64,000 nt of DNA from Candidatus Bathyarchaeota archaeon (GTDB lineage: Archaea; Thermoproteota; Bathyarchaeia; Bathyarchaeales; Bathycorpusculaceae), in assembly GCA_963702095.1 (NCBI GenBank), contig OY969706.1:1280001-1344000 (forward strand). The letters run 5' to 3'. The notes under the pieces are model-generated. The model was not told the origin of the DNA. It made no database searches and saw only the letters and a program-made list of their open reading frames with translations. Positions 20,776-31,388 of this stretch are shown piece after piece (position 1 is the first letter of the stretch; the number at the start of each line of letters is the position of its first letter). The position numbers were made by a program, and so were the translations under genes.

Positions 20776-22740
20776 TTACTGTTTCTTTTCTAGTTGTTTG
20801 CGTAGATCGCTGTATGTGGCTTTGATGTCTTCGATTGAGCCTTCGTCTTCGATGGTTGATGTGTCGCCTAGTGGTGCGCCGGTTAGGACTGCTTTGAGGA
20901 GTCTGCGCATGATTTTGCCGCTTCGGGTCTTAGGTAGCTTGGCAACGATTATGACAGCATCTGGAGTTGCGATTGGACCGATTGTTGTTCGAACATGTTT
21001 AGTAAGTTCTGCTCGAAGTTCATCGGAGGGTGTGAATCCACTGCGCAAAACTACGAATGCCACTGGGACTTCGCCTTTAACTGCGTCTTCTTTGCCCATG
21101 ACTGCTGCTTCGCTGACTGCTGGGTGAGAGACTAATGCGCTTTCAAGTTCGACTGTGCCAATTCTGTGTCCAGCTACTTTTAGAACTTCGTCTGCTCTGC
21201 CAAGTAACCAGAAGTATCCGTCAGGATCTCGTATAGCGTAGTCGCCAACATAGTAGATTCCGGCCCATTTGCCGAAGTAGGTTTGCTTGAAACGGTCAGG
21301 GTCTTTCCAGATGGTTTGTAACATTCCCGGCCATGGAGATTTTACCACTAAGTAGCCTTTGGTTCCTTGTGGTACTGATTTACCTGTCTCGTCGACGATG
21401 TCAGCGTTGACTCCTGGTAGAGCAAGAGTGGCGGAACCTGGTTTTAATGGTGTGAGTTCTATGCCTGCCGCTGGGGAAATCATAAATCCGCCGGTCTCTG
21501 TTTGCCACCATGTGTCGATGATTGGTAGGCGTTCTTTGCCGATTACGCGGTAGTACCATTTCCATGCTTCGGGGTTTATTGCTTCGCCGACTGAACCGAG
21601 TTCGCGTAATGTGGACAGATCATGTTTGTTGACCCATTCTTCACCGAACTTCATGAACATACGAACTGCGGTTGGTGTGCCGTAGAGTATGCTTACGCCA
21701 TGGTTTTCGATCATTTGCCACCAGCGATCCTGTGCTGGATAGTCCGGAGTGCCCTCGAAGAGGAACGCGGTTATGCCGTGGCTAAGTGGTGCATAGACAT
21801 TGTAGGTGTGCCCTGTAATCCAACCGATGTCTGCAACACACCAGTAAATGTCTTCGTCTGTTGGGTTGAACGCCCACTTAAGAGTCCAGTAAGCCCAAAC
21901 TAGGTATCCGCCTGTGCCGTGTTGGACACCTTTTGGTTTGCCGGTTGTTCCTGACGTATAGAGAATGAAGAGTGGGTCGGTTGATTTCATGCTTTCTGGT
22001 TCGACATATGCGTTAGCGCCTGCTGCTGTCAATGCATCATGATACCAGACGTCTCTGCCTTCTTGCATTTGGATCGCTTGGCCTGTGCGTTTGACAACGA
22101 TGACTTTCTCGATGTTTGGCATTAGTGATGATGCACGATCAGCATTGTCTTTGATTCCGACTGGTTTGCCGCGGCGGAAAGAACCGTCTGCTGTGATTAG
22201 AATTTTTGCTCCAGAGTCGTTTACTCTGTCGGCTAATGCTTCAGCGCTGAATCCTGAAAACACTACTGTGTGAACTCCACCGATTCTTGCTGTTGCCAGC
22301 AAAGAGATGGGCAATTCAGGGATAACAGGCAGAAACACTGCTACGCGGTCGCCTTTTTTGACGCCATAGTCTTTTAGGACTTTGGCAAGTTTGTTTACTT
22401 CGCGGTAAAGCTGGTAGTAAGTGTATGTTTTGACTTCGCCCATTTCGCCTTCCCAAATGTATGCAAGCTTGTTTTTGCGGTTGCCCTTAACATGCCTGTC
22501 AAGAGCGTTGTAGGATATGTTTAGTTCGCCATCGGGGAACCATTTGAAAAAGGGCGGGTTAGAATCATCCAGCACTTGGGTTGGGGACTTAAACCAGTCG
22601 ATCGCTTTTGCTTTTTCAGCCCAAAATTCTTGGGGATTTTTAATTGAATTCTCCCATATTTGTTTTCGGATTTCTCCTGAAGAAATTTTTGCAATACTGG
22701 GAGAATATCTTTCGTTGAATGGTAGACTTGCTTCAGACAT
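20776..22740 (-). CDS. acs: Acetyl-CoA synthetase (AMP-forming)
   Basis: YTSGTTGKPKG, DTWWQTETG, PKTRSGKIMRR. Confidence 0.96.
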   Translation of the reverse strand: MSEASLPFNERYSPSIAKISSGEIRKQIWENSIKNPQEFWAEKAKAIDWFKSPTQVLDDSNPPFFKWFPDGELNISYNALDRHVKGNRKNKLAYIWEGEMGEVKTYTYYQLYREVNKLAKVLKDYGVKKGDRVAVFLPVIPELPISLLATARIGGVHTVVFSGFSAEALADRVNDSGAKILITADGSFRRGKPVGIKDNADRASSLMPNIEKVIVVKRTGQAIQMQEGRDVWYHDALTAAGANAYVEPESMKSTDPLFILYTSGTTGKPKGVQHGTGGYLVWAYWTLKWAFNPTDEDIYWCVADIGWITGHTYNVYAPLSHGITAFLFEGTPDYPAQDRWWQMIENHGVSILYGTPTAVRMFMKFGEEWVNKHDLSTLRELGSVGEAINPEAWKWYYRVIGKERLPIIDTWWQTETGGFMISPAAGIELTPLKPGSATLALPGVNADIVDETGKSVPQGTKGYLVVKSPWPGMLQTIWKDPDRFKQTYFGKWAGIYYVGDYAIRDPDGYFWLLGRADEVLKVAGHRIGTVELESALVSHPAVSEAAVMGKEDAVKGEVPVAFVVLRSGFTPSDELRAELTKHVRTTIGPIATPDAVIIVAKLPKTRSGKIMRRLLKAVLTGAPLGDTSTIEDEGSIEDIKATYSDLRKQLEKKQ

Positions 22741-23078
22741 ATTCTCAGCCTAAACGCTGGACATTAAAGCCCCAACTCTTTATAAGTTTTTTTAAAAATA
22801 TTTATAGAATTGAAAAAGGAATATTTCAGTTTTAACTAGGCAGCAAATTAAGGCAGAATATTTGGATGGAGCAAAAATATGGGTTACAACTTATTGCCAA
22901 CTGCGCCGTATCTGCCTAAAGAAGGGAAGTACAGAACTGCTTCGAATATTAACATTCTAGCGTCAAAGATTCCATATTCCGCAAAAAAAATACGTATATC
23001 GCATTCCGCCATTACTAACAAATGACAAAAACGTGGAGTAAACAACGTATTAAGAAGAAAAAAAGAAAAAGATTTTTT

Positions 23079-23666
23079 TTAACTTGTTGGGAAAATAGGC
23101 AAAACTGTTCGTCCATTTGCTTCATTTAGGACTTCCGCTATACCAAGGTAGACAGCGCTGGAGCCGCAGATAACGCCTTCGATGCCTGTGATCGTGTTGA
23201 ACCAGACGGGGTTTCCCATCAATTCTCTTGTCATGAGCATAAAGAACAGAATGAACAAGGTTCCAAAGACGAGTTGTAGTGCACGATTGGTTTTTAGTGT
23301 GCCAAAGAACAGCCCTAATGTGAAGAGTCCCCACATGAAGAAATAAGCAGCCATGGCGGTGTTGTCAGCTGCCGCAACGTTGGTGAAGAAGGTTGTGCCG
23401 GGTAGCAGAATCAATGCAACCAGTGACCACCAGAAGAGGCCGTAGGAGGTGAATGCAACGGTGCCGAATGTGTTGCCTTTTCTGAATTCCATGATGCCGA
23501 CTATTATTTGTGCGAGTCCACCGTAGGCTAAGCCCATAGCAAGAATCATGCTGTTTAAGCCGAAGATGCCAGCGTTGTGCAGGTTAAGCAGAACAGTTGT
23601 TAAGCCGAAGCCTAAGAGTCCGAGGGGCGCGGGATTTGCCAATTTAGTTACGAGGTTATTACTCAT
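23079..23666 (-). CDS. satP: Acetate uptake transporter (SatP/YaaH/GPR1 family)
   Basis: [17 protein letters not shown] motifs; adjacent to acs. Confidence 0.9.
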   Translation of the reverse strand: MSNNLVTKLANPAPLGLLGFGLTTVLLNLHNAGIFGLNSMILAMGLAYGGLAQIIVGIMEFRKGNTFGTVAFTSYGLFWWSLVALILLPGTTFFTNVAAADNTAMAAYFFMWGLFTLGLFFGTLKTNRALQLVFGTLFILFFMLMTRELMGNPVWFNTITGIEGVICGSSAVYLGIAEVLNEANGRTVLPIFPTS

Positions 23667-23730
23667 TTTAAATTTTCTCCATTTAGCTCAACCTCATTTA
23701 GCTAATTTCTTTTAAAGCTTTGCGCCTAAC

Positions 23731-26483
23731 TCAACGCTTTCCCTTCCGTGAAGTAAGCCATTTGCCGACTTCTATGCCTGTGAAAACTAGGGCGGCGTAG
23801 AGAGCAGCGACACCCCAATCGATGAGTTCAGGAGTATGCACATCAAATAGTGACTGCAAGCCCGGCACATAGAGTACGATTAACTGTAAAGCGAATGATG
23901 AGAGCACTGCTATCCATAGGAACTTGTTCTTGAATGGCCCAACTTTGAGGATGGGGTATTTGAAGGACCGCGCCGATATGGCTATCGTTAATTCTATCAT
24001 AACCATGGCGGTGAAGAGTTGTGTTCGCGCTTCGAGCAGCTGGAACTCGCTTTCCCATGGCAGATGCGAGAAGAATGCAAGTAGCAGCATAATGCTTGTG
24101 ATAATAGGTACCACTGTCAAGTAGACTTTGACGTCTCGGGTGAATACGCTTTCGTTTGGTTTGCGGGGTTTGCGCTCCATCAAGTCTGGGTCTCCGGGGT
24201 CTACGCCTAACGCGATGGCGGGTAACCCGTCTGTGACGAGGTTAATCCACAGTATCTGCACCGCTGTTAAAGCGATAGCTGCGCTGCTGACCATCTCCAC
24301 ATCTGAACCAGGGGAGAGCCAGGCAGCAAGCGTGGGTACACTGACAACGGCGATGAACATGACTAGAATTTCCATTATGTTGCATTGGAGGAGGTATGTT
24401 AGGTATTTCTTGATGTTGTCGTAGATTTCTCTGCCTTCGCGAACCGCTTTAACGATGCTGGCAAAGTTGTCGTCTGCTAACACCATGTCAGCGGCTTCTT
24501 TGGTGACTTCGGTGCCTGAGATGCCCATGGCGATGCCGATGTCACTCATTTTCAGTGCGGGAGCATCGTTGACGCCGTCTCCGGTCATGGCAACGACCTG
24601 CTGCTTTTTCTTCCAAGCAGTTACAATGCGGGATTTATGTTCAGGCGCAACACGTGCGTAGATAACTACGTTTTCAACGACTGCTTCGAGTTGTTCAGTA
24701 GTCATGTTTTCAAGGTCTTCGCCTGTTAGCACCTGCCCCTCTTCGACGTTTTCGCCGATGAGGGTGAGTTCTTTTGCGACGGCTGTAGCGGTTAATTTGT
24801 GGTCGCCGGTTATCATAACGACGCGGATGCCGGCTCTGCGGCAAATTCCAATGGCGTCTTTGACTTCTTGGCGTGGCGGATCAATCATGCTCATGATGCC
24901 GACGAAGACAAAGCCGTGTTCAAACTCTTCAGTGAATTCTTCTAAGCCCTCAGGTAATTCTTTGTATGCAAATCCGAGGTTGCGAAGCGCCAGTTTAGCC
25001 ATATCCTCTGTGACTTGGCAATGTTCTTTGGCGGTCTTTTCAGTTAAGGGTTGGACTTTACCGTCTAGGAGGATACTGCTGCATTTTTCTAAGACGATTT
25101 CTGGGGCTCCCTTCATGTAGGCTACGCGTTTGTTGCCGACTGCATGTATCGTTGTCATGCGTTTGCGTTCTGAGGAGAAGGGGACTTCGGCGATGCGTTC
25201 TTCTTGGCGGTCGAGGGCGGCTTTTTTGATGCCTGCTTTTTCGGCGACAACAACTAAGGCGCCTTCTGTGGGGTCGCCTTTAACTGTCCACTTGTTGTTT
25301 TTGGGGTCTCTCTCAAGGGCAGAGTCATTGCATAACACACTGATTTTTAACAGGTTCTTTAGGCTGTCATGAGGGGTGTATTCTTTTTCGTCTAGGCGGA
25401 ATTCTCCTTTGGGTTCATAGCCTATGCCTGTGACTTTAACGGATTTGCCGTCCACGTAGATGCGTTGGACTGTCATTTCGCCTTTGGTGAGGGTGCCTGT
25501 TTTGTCGCTGCAGATTACGCTGGTGCTGCCAAGGGTTTCCACTGCTGGGAGCCGTTTGACGATGCTGTTGACTTTTGCCATGCGGTACATGCCGATGGCT
25601 AGTGCGCCTGTTATGATGGCGGGCAATGCTTCGGGGACAGCTGCAACTGCGAGGCTGACTGCCCAAAGAATCATGTCAACGACGGGGCGCTGCTCAACAA
25701 CTATACCGACAACGGCAACGCTTACGGCGATTATTACGGCTAGAATGCCTATCCATTTGCCGACGCTGCCCATGCGTTTCTCCAGCGGCGTCTGCTCTTG
25801 AGGTGCCGATTGAACCATCTGGGCGATTCTGCCGAACTCCGTTGTCATACCGGTGTTGGTGACTATTGCTTGCCCCTGCCATAGACAACGACGGTTCCAG
25901 AGAAAACCATGTTGCTTCGGTCGTTTAGCTGGGTATGTTCAGGTAAGGCTGCTGCGGATTTATCGACAGGCGCGGATTCGCCGGTTAGGGCTGCTTCGTC
26001 GGTTTTCATAGTAAATACTTCTAGGAGCCTTGCATCAGCGGGGATTCGGTCACCAGTATAGAGAAGGATGATGTCTCCGGGAACAAGGTCTTTGGCAGGG
26101 ATTTTTGTTTCTTCGCCATCACGGATTACAATTGCTGTGGGTGCAGCCATTTTTTTGAGGGCTTCAACTGCTTTTTCACTGCGGTATTCCTGGGTGAACC
26201 CCAAGATTGCGCTGGCGATGACGATGGCTAAGATGATTAGGGCATCGGTTACTTCATGGACCGCGAAGGACAGCGCAATGGCGAAAAGCAGGATAATCAT
26301 GAGTACGTTTGTGAATTGGCCCAGAAATAGCCTCCAGGCGGGTTTGCCTTTTTCTTTTTTAAGTTCGTTTGGACCGTACACTGTTAGGCGTTGCTTTACG
26401 TCTTCTGCTGTTAAGCCGTTGTCGGTTACTTTGAGTTGAGCCATTGCTTCTTGCTGTGTTTGGCTATGCCAGGGTTTCACCAA
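23731..26483 (-). CDS. P2-type cation (Ca2+-like) transporting ATPase, one apparent frameshift near 25870
   Basis: TGES, PEAL, DKTGT, TGDGVNDAP; adding one A restores GRGKAIVTNTGM. Confidence 0.9.
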
Positions 26484-26674
26484 ATTTTCCCTTACTCCCT
26501 GTTATACGCTCAGCTACAAAGTATATAGGTTTTTAGATTTTTCATTTGTTATTAGAAAAAAAGTTGTGTTTAATTCATAAAAAAGGCAAATAAGTTATTT
26601 TTTCGGTTAAGCTGATAAAAATTGAAGCAGAGTCCATCAACTTCAGACTCTTAGTGCACTGCCCATGGAAAACA

Positions 26675-27217
26675 CTATTCAAGCACCAAATCGGGGTGCC
26701 GCATATCCCGGCTATGCACATACAACGACGCAGCCCCAATCAACAACACAACAACACCAAGCGTATAAAGCATCCAACCGAAACCCGCTCCAAAACTCAT
26801 AATTTGCTTCTGCCAAGTCCAAGGCATATCAACAACAGTCTGCAGTGGCCAAGCCCCCACCACCAAGTACCCGAACCCAAACACTACCAAAGCAATGGCG
26901 ACATATTGGTCGATGGCAGCACCCAAACGGAGCTTCTTGATGCTCATCACACAGAGCATTGCGGCACCGATGAGAAGCATGGGGAGGCTTGTGAGGAAGA
27001 ATATGGGGCTGATGGAGCTTCGGGGGAGCAGGCTATGAGTCGCCCAAGGCGGACAATCAAAGATGTCTTTCCCCCAGTCTGAGGGTGACCAGCCGCCCAT
27101 AATTACCACGGCAAGATAGAAAACGCCGAAAGCAGCCAAAAATATGGCCAGTGAAAGCTGGTGGTTTCTGACGTAGTCGGCTGCACGTTTGGTTAGAGAG
27201 GAGTAGGTTGGGCTCAT
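26675..27217 (-). CDS. Membrane hypothetical protein
   Basis: About four TM segments; start uncertain. Confidence 0.6.
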   Translation of the reverse strand: MSPTYSSLTKRAADYVRNHQLSLAIFLAAFGVFYLAVVIMGGWSPSDWGKDIFDCPPWATHSLLPRSSISPIFFLTSLPMLLIGAAMLCVMSIKKLRLGAAIDQYVAIALVVFGFGYLVVGAWPLQTVVDMPWTWQKQIMSFGAGFGWMLYTLGVVVLLIGAASLYVHSRDMRHPDLVLE

Positions 27218-27328
27218 CGATGGTCCTGTCTTGGCTATTGTACTGTCGCTTCTCCATATATCATTTTTCAAATCTAAGCAATGCAAAGGTTCTAAAGATT
27301 AGAGTGCACTCTATAAATTGTTTTTCAG

Positions 27329-28039
27329 GTGTTATGTGTGAAGTTTGAAACAACCCTACAGAGTATCATCCAGCGCACCCCAAACGTTACAAGTTACCGT
27401 TTTCCCCGTCCAACGGGACTCATGTATAAAGCAGGGCAATTCTTTTTTGTAACCCTCAAACACGGCGGCAAAGAAGTGACTCATCACTTCAGCTTCAGCA
27501 GCAGCCCTACCGAACCCCACCACATCGAATTCACTAAAAAACTCAGCGACAGCGAATACTCCGACGCACTCAGAGCCGAAAAAGTGGGGGATTGGGCTAG
27601 AATCGATGCGCCCTATGGACAATTCACTTTCGAGGGCGACTACCCCAAGATTGCGTTGCTGGGCGGAGGCATCGGAATAACGCCTTTCATGAGTATTTGT
27701 AGAAACGTCACCGACAAGGGACTCAACAGCAAGATTGTGCTGTTCTATGGTTGCAGAACCCCAACCGACATTGTGTTCAAAGAGGAATTCGAGGAATTAG
27801 CTAAACGCAACAGCAACCTTAAACTTGTCTTCACCGTCGGCGAAGCCACCCCCGATTGGAGGGGCGATACAGGCAACATAAACATGGAGAAGATAAAGCA
27901 GGAGCTACCAGACTACAAAGACTACATCTACTATACGTGTGGGCCGCCGGGGATGGTGAAAGCGATGCAGGCGCTCATAGCAAGCATGGGACTGCCCAAA
28001 GAGAAGCTGAAATTGGAATACTTTACGGGTTACACCTAA
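27329..28039 (+). CDS. FAD/NAD(P)-binding oxidoreductase (FNR family)
   Basis: GQF, FSFSSSP, GGGIGITP, CGPPGM. Confidence 0.9.
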   Translation: MLCVKFETTLQSIIQRTPNVTSYRFPRPTGLMYKAGQFFFVTLKHGGKEVTHHFSFSSSPTEPHHIEFTKKLSDSEYSDALRAEKVGDWARIDAPYGQFTFEGDYPKIALLGGGIGITPFMSICRNVTDKGLNSKIVLFYGCRTPTDIVFKEEFEELAKRNSNLKLVFTVGEATPDWRGDTGNINMEKIKQELPDYKDYIYYTCGPPGMVKAMQALIASMGLPKEKLKLEYFTGYT

Positions 28040-28071
28040 AACGACCGACCAGGGTTTGTGGCTGTTCTGCT

Positions 28072-28108
28072 TGTGGCGCATGATGGCGCCGTCACAGCCT
28101 TAGGGTAA
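28072..28108 (+). repeat. R2 hairpin repeat, copy 1
   Basis: TGTGGCG-CATGATGGCGC-CGTCACA-GCCTTAGGGTAA. Confidence 0.75.
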
Positions 28109-28161
28109 GTGCCCACAGTTTGGCTTTGCGGGTCATTGGGCACACAAGCGGAGAAAATGCC

Positions 28162-29175
28162 TCAAAGTTTTTTGAATTTTTTCTTTGATGGCCTGACTTG
28201 ATAATTATCAAAGAATTTCTTAACCAAACACTCAAAAACAGGCTTAAATTCTGCCGTTGACAATTCTGCAACTACATACTTCCCCTTATAGCGCACCCCA
28301 TAAACGGCGGTCTCCCTTAGAGGAGGCAATTTTAAATCATGAATAAACCCGCTTCGCCAGTCATAAATCGTTTTTATGGTATCCTTAAAGCATCTATCAA
28401 GCTTCTCCTTATCCGCCATGATGGGGCAGCTGGATTTACCGCGACAGTACCCTTGAACGCTGCCGTTAGTATAGCATTTCCAGTGCTCTTTTAGTTCAAA
28501 ACATGCTGGTAGAGCGGTCTCAGTTGTTTTAGCGGGATTTTTCTTGACATAGCTCCTAATTTCTTCCTCACCTGCGAAACTCTGAGCCGATAACTCCGGG
28601 ACCGCCTGCAGGTACTTAATTGATTTGATAAGTGCCTGTTTCTCCTCGGGGCACATTAGGGTTCTGAGGAAATTGGTGATTTTTGTGATACTGGCATATT
28701 CTTTGCTCCAGCGACCCTTTAGGCTGTCCATGAGCGATGCGAAATCCTTAAACTTCCCCTTTCTGAGCACTTGCAGGTATTCTGCGTCTACGTCTCTTCT
28801 GCTTACCCAATCGTAGAAGTCAACCCAGCCCTCAAAACCACTGGACTCTGCAGAAGCCAATTTTTCGAATACTGACATAACCATAATTAACATCGTGAAA
28901 GGCGGCATTTCCATAGTTTTGCTGCAGCTTGGGCAAGTTTGAGTTTTTTGGGGTGTACTACATTTGGGGCATGTGTAGAATTTGGCGGTGTTGTAGTAAT
29001 TGCCTACGTCGAGTAATAGGGCGGCGGTTTTTGGGTTTTTGAAGTTGTTTACGTATACGATGACGTCGTCAGTGGTGGGGAAGAGGTTGGGGAAGGCTTC
29101 TTGTGTTCTGTGTGTTAGTGCTTGTAGGTATGTTTTTGCTTCGGGGAGTGGGTAAATATCTTTTCTGATGTCCAT
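28162..29175 (-). CDS. Hypothetical protein with zinc ribbon and C-terminal HEPN-like RxxxxH motif
   Basis: CPKC..CPSC; IYDWRSGFIHD. Confidence 0.6.
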   Translation of the reverse strand: MDIRKDIYPLPEAKTYLQALTHRTQEAFPNLFPTTDDVIVYVNNFKNPKTAALLLDVGNYYNTAKFYTCPKCSTPQKTQTCPSCSKTMEMPPFTMLIMVMSVFEKLASAESSGFEGWVDFYDWVSRRDVDAEYLQVLRKGKFKDFASLMDSLKGRWSKEYASITKITNFLRTLMCPEEKQALIKSIKYLQAVPELSAQSFAGEEEIRSYVKKNPAKTTETALPACFELKEHWKCYTNGSVQGYCRGKSSCPIMADKEKLDRCFKDTIKTIYDWRSGFIHDLKLPPLRETAVYGVRYKGKYVVAELSTAEFKPVFECLVKKFFDNYQVRPSKKKFKKL

Positions 29176-29254
29176 TTTCTGGTCTTTCCCAACAGTGAGT
29201 TATTTTTGCAGCCTAAATAGGCTTAGCCCAACCAACTCTGGAACATATTCAAAA

Positions 29255-29294
29255 ATGGCGGGAGAGGATGCCTACGCCCTAGCCTTAGGGCAAA
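29255..29294 (+). repeat. R2 hairpin repeat, copy 2
   Basis: ATGGCGGGAGAGGATGCCTACGCCCTAGCCTTAGGGCAAA; gapless match to the reverse complement of 35538-35577. Confidence 0.75.
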
Positions 29295-29383
29295 TTTTTC
29301 AGGGTTCTCATTATTGAACAATTTAGTGTTGCTGTTATTTTCTAGTGATATGCTTTTATGTCCGAGTTAGGATTTGGTTTGCC

Positions 29384-29764
29384 ATGAAAGATCTAGCCCA
29401 TAAAATTTTGCTGGCTCTGACCTTAATAACTATCATTGGTGAAATAGCTTCTATTATCCTGTGGATAGCCAATCCTACGCTTCCGCCTGGTCAAGCACGT
29501 TTCACCCTGGTTGTCGATTACACTATAGCGGTCGCTAACGCTGCTGTCTTTTCGATTCTAAATATAGCAGCCTTTACCTTGATTTTTAAAAGAAATAAAT
29601 GGGGTCCGCTTTTCTTAATCGCAATTTCAATTGCCAATAGGGTAATTTCATCCACCTTCTTTATAGGCGGCGCTCATTTGATATTTATAGGATGGGCAGT
29701 TCTGCTGATTATTTTCGCATTACTCAGACTACAGAAAACTCCGAAGGAAAACCTAACTAGTTAA
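29384..29764 (+). CDS. Four-TM membrane protein (paralog of 47867-48292)
   Basis: Shared KW(G/A)P..IA....RV..T..F pattern. Confidence 0.7.
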   Translation: MKDLAHKILLALTLITIIGEIASIILWIANPTLPPGQARFTLVVDYTIAVANAAVFSILNIAAFTLIFKRNKWGPLFLIAISIANRVISSTFFIGGAHLIFIGWAVLLIIFALLRLQKTPKENLTS

Positions 29765-29793
29765 AATTTCCTTTTTGCTGGATACAAAACAGA

Positions 29794-30103
29794 GCCTTAG
29801 TTGCGAGGGGCCTTTAGGATAGTTACTTGATGTTATGCGGTTTCTTGTTCTATCCCTTGTGAGGGAGAAATGGAGTTAGGTCGAGGCGGCAACCCTGTGG
29901 TGCCCGCCAGAGATCAAGGGATCAAAGGCAGTCAGGTGCCACGCTGCTGCTATTCCTCAGATACCGTGGTTAATTCTATTCCGGGGGAAGAGGAAAAGCC
30001 AGGGCATGGTCCTTATTGTGGAGGCTGCCTATGGTTAGGCGACAAGGCGGTGTTTTAGGGGGATTCGCTGTTTTATCGCTCCCTCTTCAACACACCGTTT
30101 TTT
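29794..30103 (+). ncRNA. Candidate structured ncRNA (~310 nt)
   Basis: Closing stem GCCTTAGTTGC/GCGACAAGGC, many internal hairpins, terminal hairpin plus T6. Confidence 0.45.
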
Positions 30104-30111
30104 GACGTCTC

Positions 30112-30291
30112 TAACATATTTCCACATCCACACCGAGGCGATTTCAACATAGAGCCATGTATCCCCTGTGAAGAAAAACGCCTATTTCACACCGAAAAGG
30201 ACGCTGGAAACCAGCGCAACCCCAAAAAGCAATCGCCCCCTCAAGCAGTCTTGGGGTGCACCGTAAACCGCCACACCCACATAAAAAGAGA
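30112..30291 (+). repeat. R1 dispersed structured repeat, copy C
   Basis: Gapless alignment to 62811-62990. Confidence 0.9.
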
Positions 30292-30304
30292 GAGAATCAG
30301 TAGG

Positions 30305-30437
30305 AGCTTTCACTGGCGCTTGTCCACGCCACCCGCTTAAAGTCAAAGTTGGGCCTCCCGAGTTCACATAGAGACTACGGATAGGGTACATGTAAGGGGA
30401 TTTTACGCGTGCATCGCAAGCGATCTCAGTGAAAGCC
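30305..30437 (+). ncRNA. Candidate multibranch ncRNA (~133 nt)
   Basis: Perfect 10-bp terminal stem GCTTTCACTG/CAGTGAAAGC enclosing five hairpins. Confidence 0.55.
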
Positions 30438-30511
30438 AAATAAACCTAACGCACGATCGTTATTGTAGTTTACGGATGGAAAAGATAGATTAAACATTAA
30501 GGAAGGAGGGC

Positions 30512-30763
30512 TCATTTTTTGCGTGCTGCAATCAAACCGCGGCATTTATCGGCGTATTGGCAGTACTGGAGGCACACAGCGTTTTCGTCTGGTCGTTTCC
30601 ACTCGGCTCCACAGCTGGGACAGGTGGTTTTGTCTTCGTCGCTCCAAATTTCGATTTCGGCACCGCATACGTGGCAGTTGATGTAGGCAGGTTTTGGCTG
30701 CAATAAATCGCGTAGTCCAGGGCATGTTTCGGGGTTTTTAACGATTTTGTCACTAGAGCTCAA
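30512..30763 (-). CDS. Small Cys-rich zinc-ribbon/Fe-S protein
   Basis: CPG, CHVCG.EIEIWSDE, CPSCG, CLQYCQYADKC. Confidence 0.75.
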   Translation of the reverse strand: MSSSDKIVKNPETCPGLRDLLQPKPAYINCHVCGAEIEIWSDEDKTTCPSCGAEWKRPDENAVCLQYCQYADKCRGLIAARKK

Positions 30764-31388
30764 CGATGTCACCTCCAACTTTAACTTCAAACTCTCTAAC
30801 CGGCACCACTTTGCCTGAGCCTTCCAGCGCCTTGTTAACAGCCCACTTAAGCCCAGTGCAGCAGGGCACCTCCATATGCAAGACTTCTACGGCGGCGATG
30901 TTGTTTAACCGCAGGATTTCGGTGAGTTTAGCTGCGTAGGCGCGGGCGTCGTTGAATTTGGGGCAGCCGATTATGACGCGTTTTTCGGCGATCCAGTCTT
31001 GGAAGTTTTTGATGACTACGGGGGCGCAGTCGGCGGTGAGCATTAGGGTGGCGTTTTCGAAGAAGGGGGCTTTAGGCGGCACGAGGTCTAATTTGACGGG
31101 CCACTGCGGCTTCTGCGGAGTAGCGGTTGCTGCGGGTTTTGTTATTCCTTTGCTTTTTTGGTATTCGTGGACTTCTTTCTCGTCGAACGCGTCGGCTTCC
31201 CGCTCGGTAACTGTGATTGCGCCTTGGGGGCACTGTCCAAGGCATGCGCCTAGTCCGTCGCAGTAGGTGTCTTTGACGAGTTTGGCTTTGCCGTCTACGA
31301 TTTGGAGGGCGCCTTCGACGCATTTGGGGATGCATTGTCCGCATCCGGTGCATTTGCTTTCGTCTATTTGGACGATTTTTCTTTTCAT
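30753..31388 (-). CDS. 4Fe-4S dicluster domain protein
   Basis: CTGCGQC...C, CDGLGAC...CP, QWPVKL, MEVPCC. Confidence 0.88.
   Translation of the reverse strand: MKRKIVQIDESKCTGCGQCIPKCVEGALQIVDGKAKLVKDTYCDGLGACLGQCPQGAITVTEREADAFDEKEVHEYQKSKGITKPAATATPQKPQWPVKLDLVPPKAPFFENATLMLTADCAPVVIKNFQDWIAEKRVIIGCPKFNDARAYAAKLTEILRLNNIAAVEVLHMEVPCCTGLKWAVNKALEGSGKVVPVREFEVKVGGDIVEL

Noticed and set aside
20776-23666. acs-satP pair as a novelty
   Set aside because: A common acetate uptake and activation arrangement.
29915-30012. Cobalamin riboswitch, RNase P or SRP identity (GGGAAG..AAGCCAGG, GAGGAAA, GTCAGGT)
   Set aside because: Only isolated motifs. GCCACTG/AACTGT, the RNase P P4 partner and the SRP GGAA/AGCA helix are missing, and no + strand gene follows.
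30360-30380. Group I intron R-like motif GTTCACATAGAGACTAC
   Set aside because: Spacing is wrong, there is no matching S element and no interrupted host gene.
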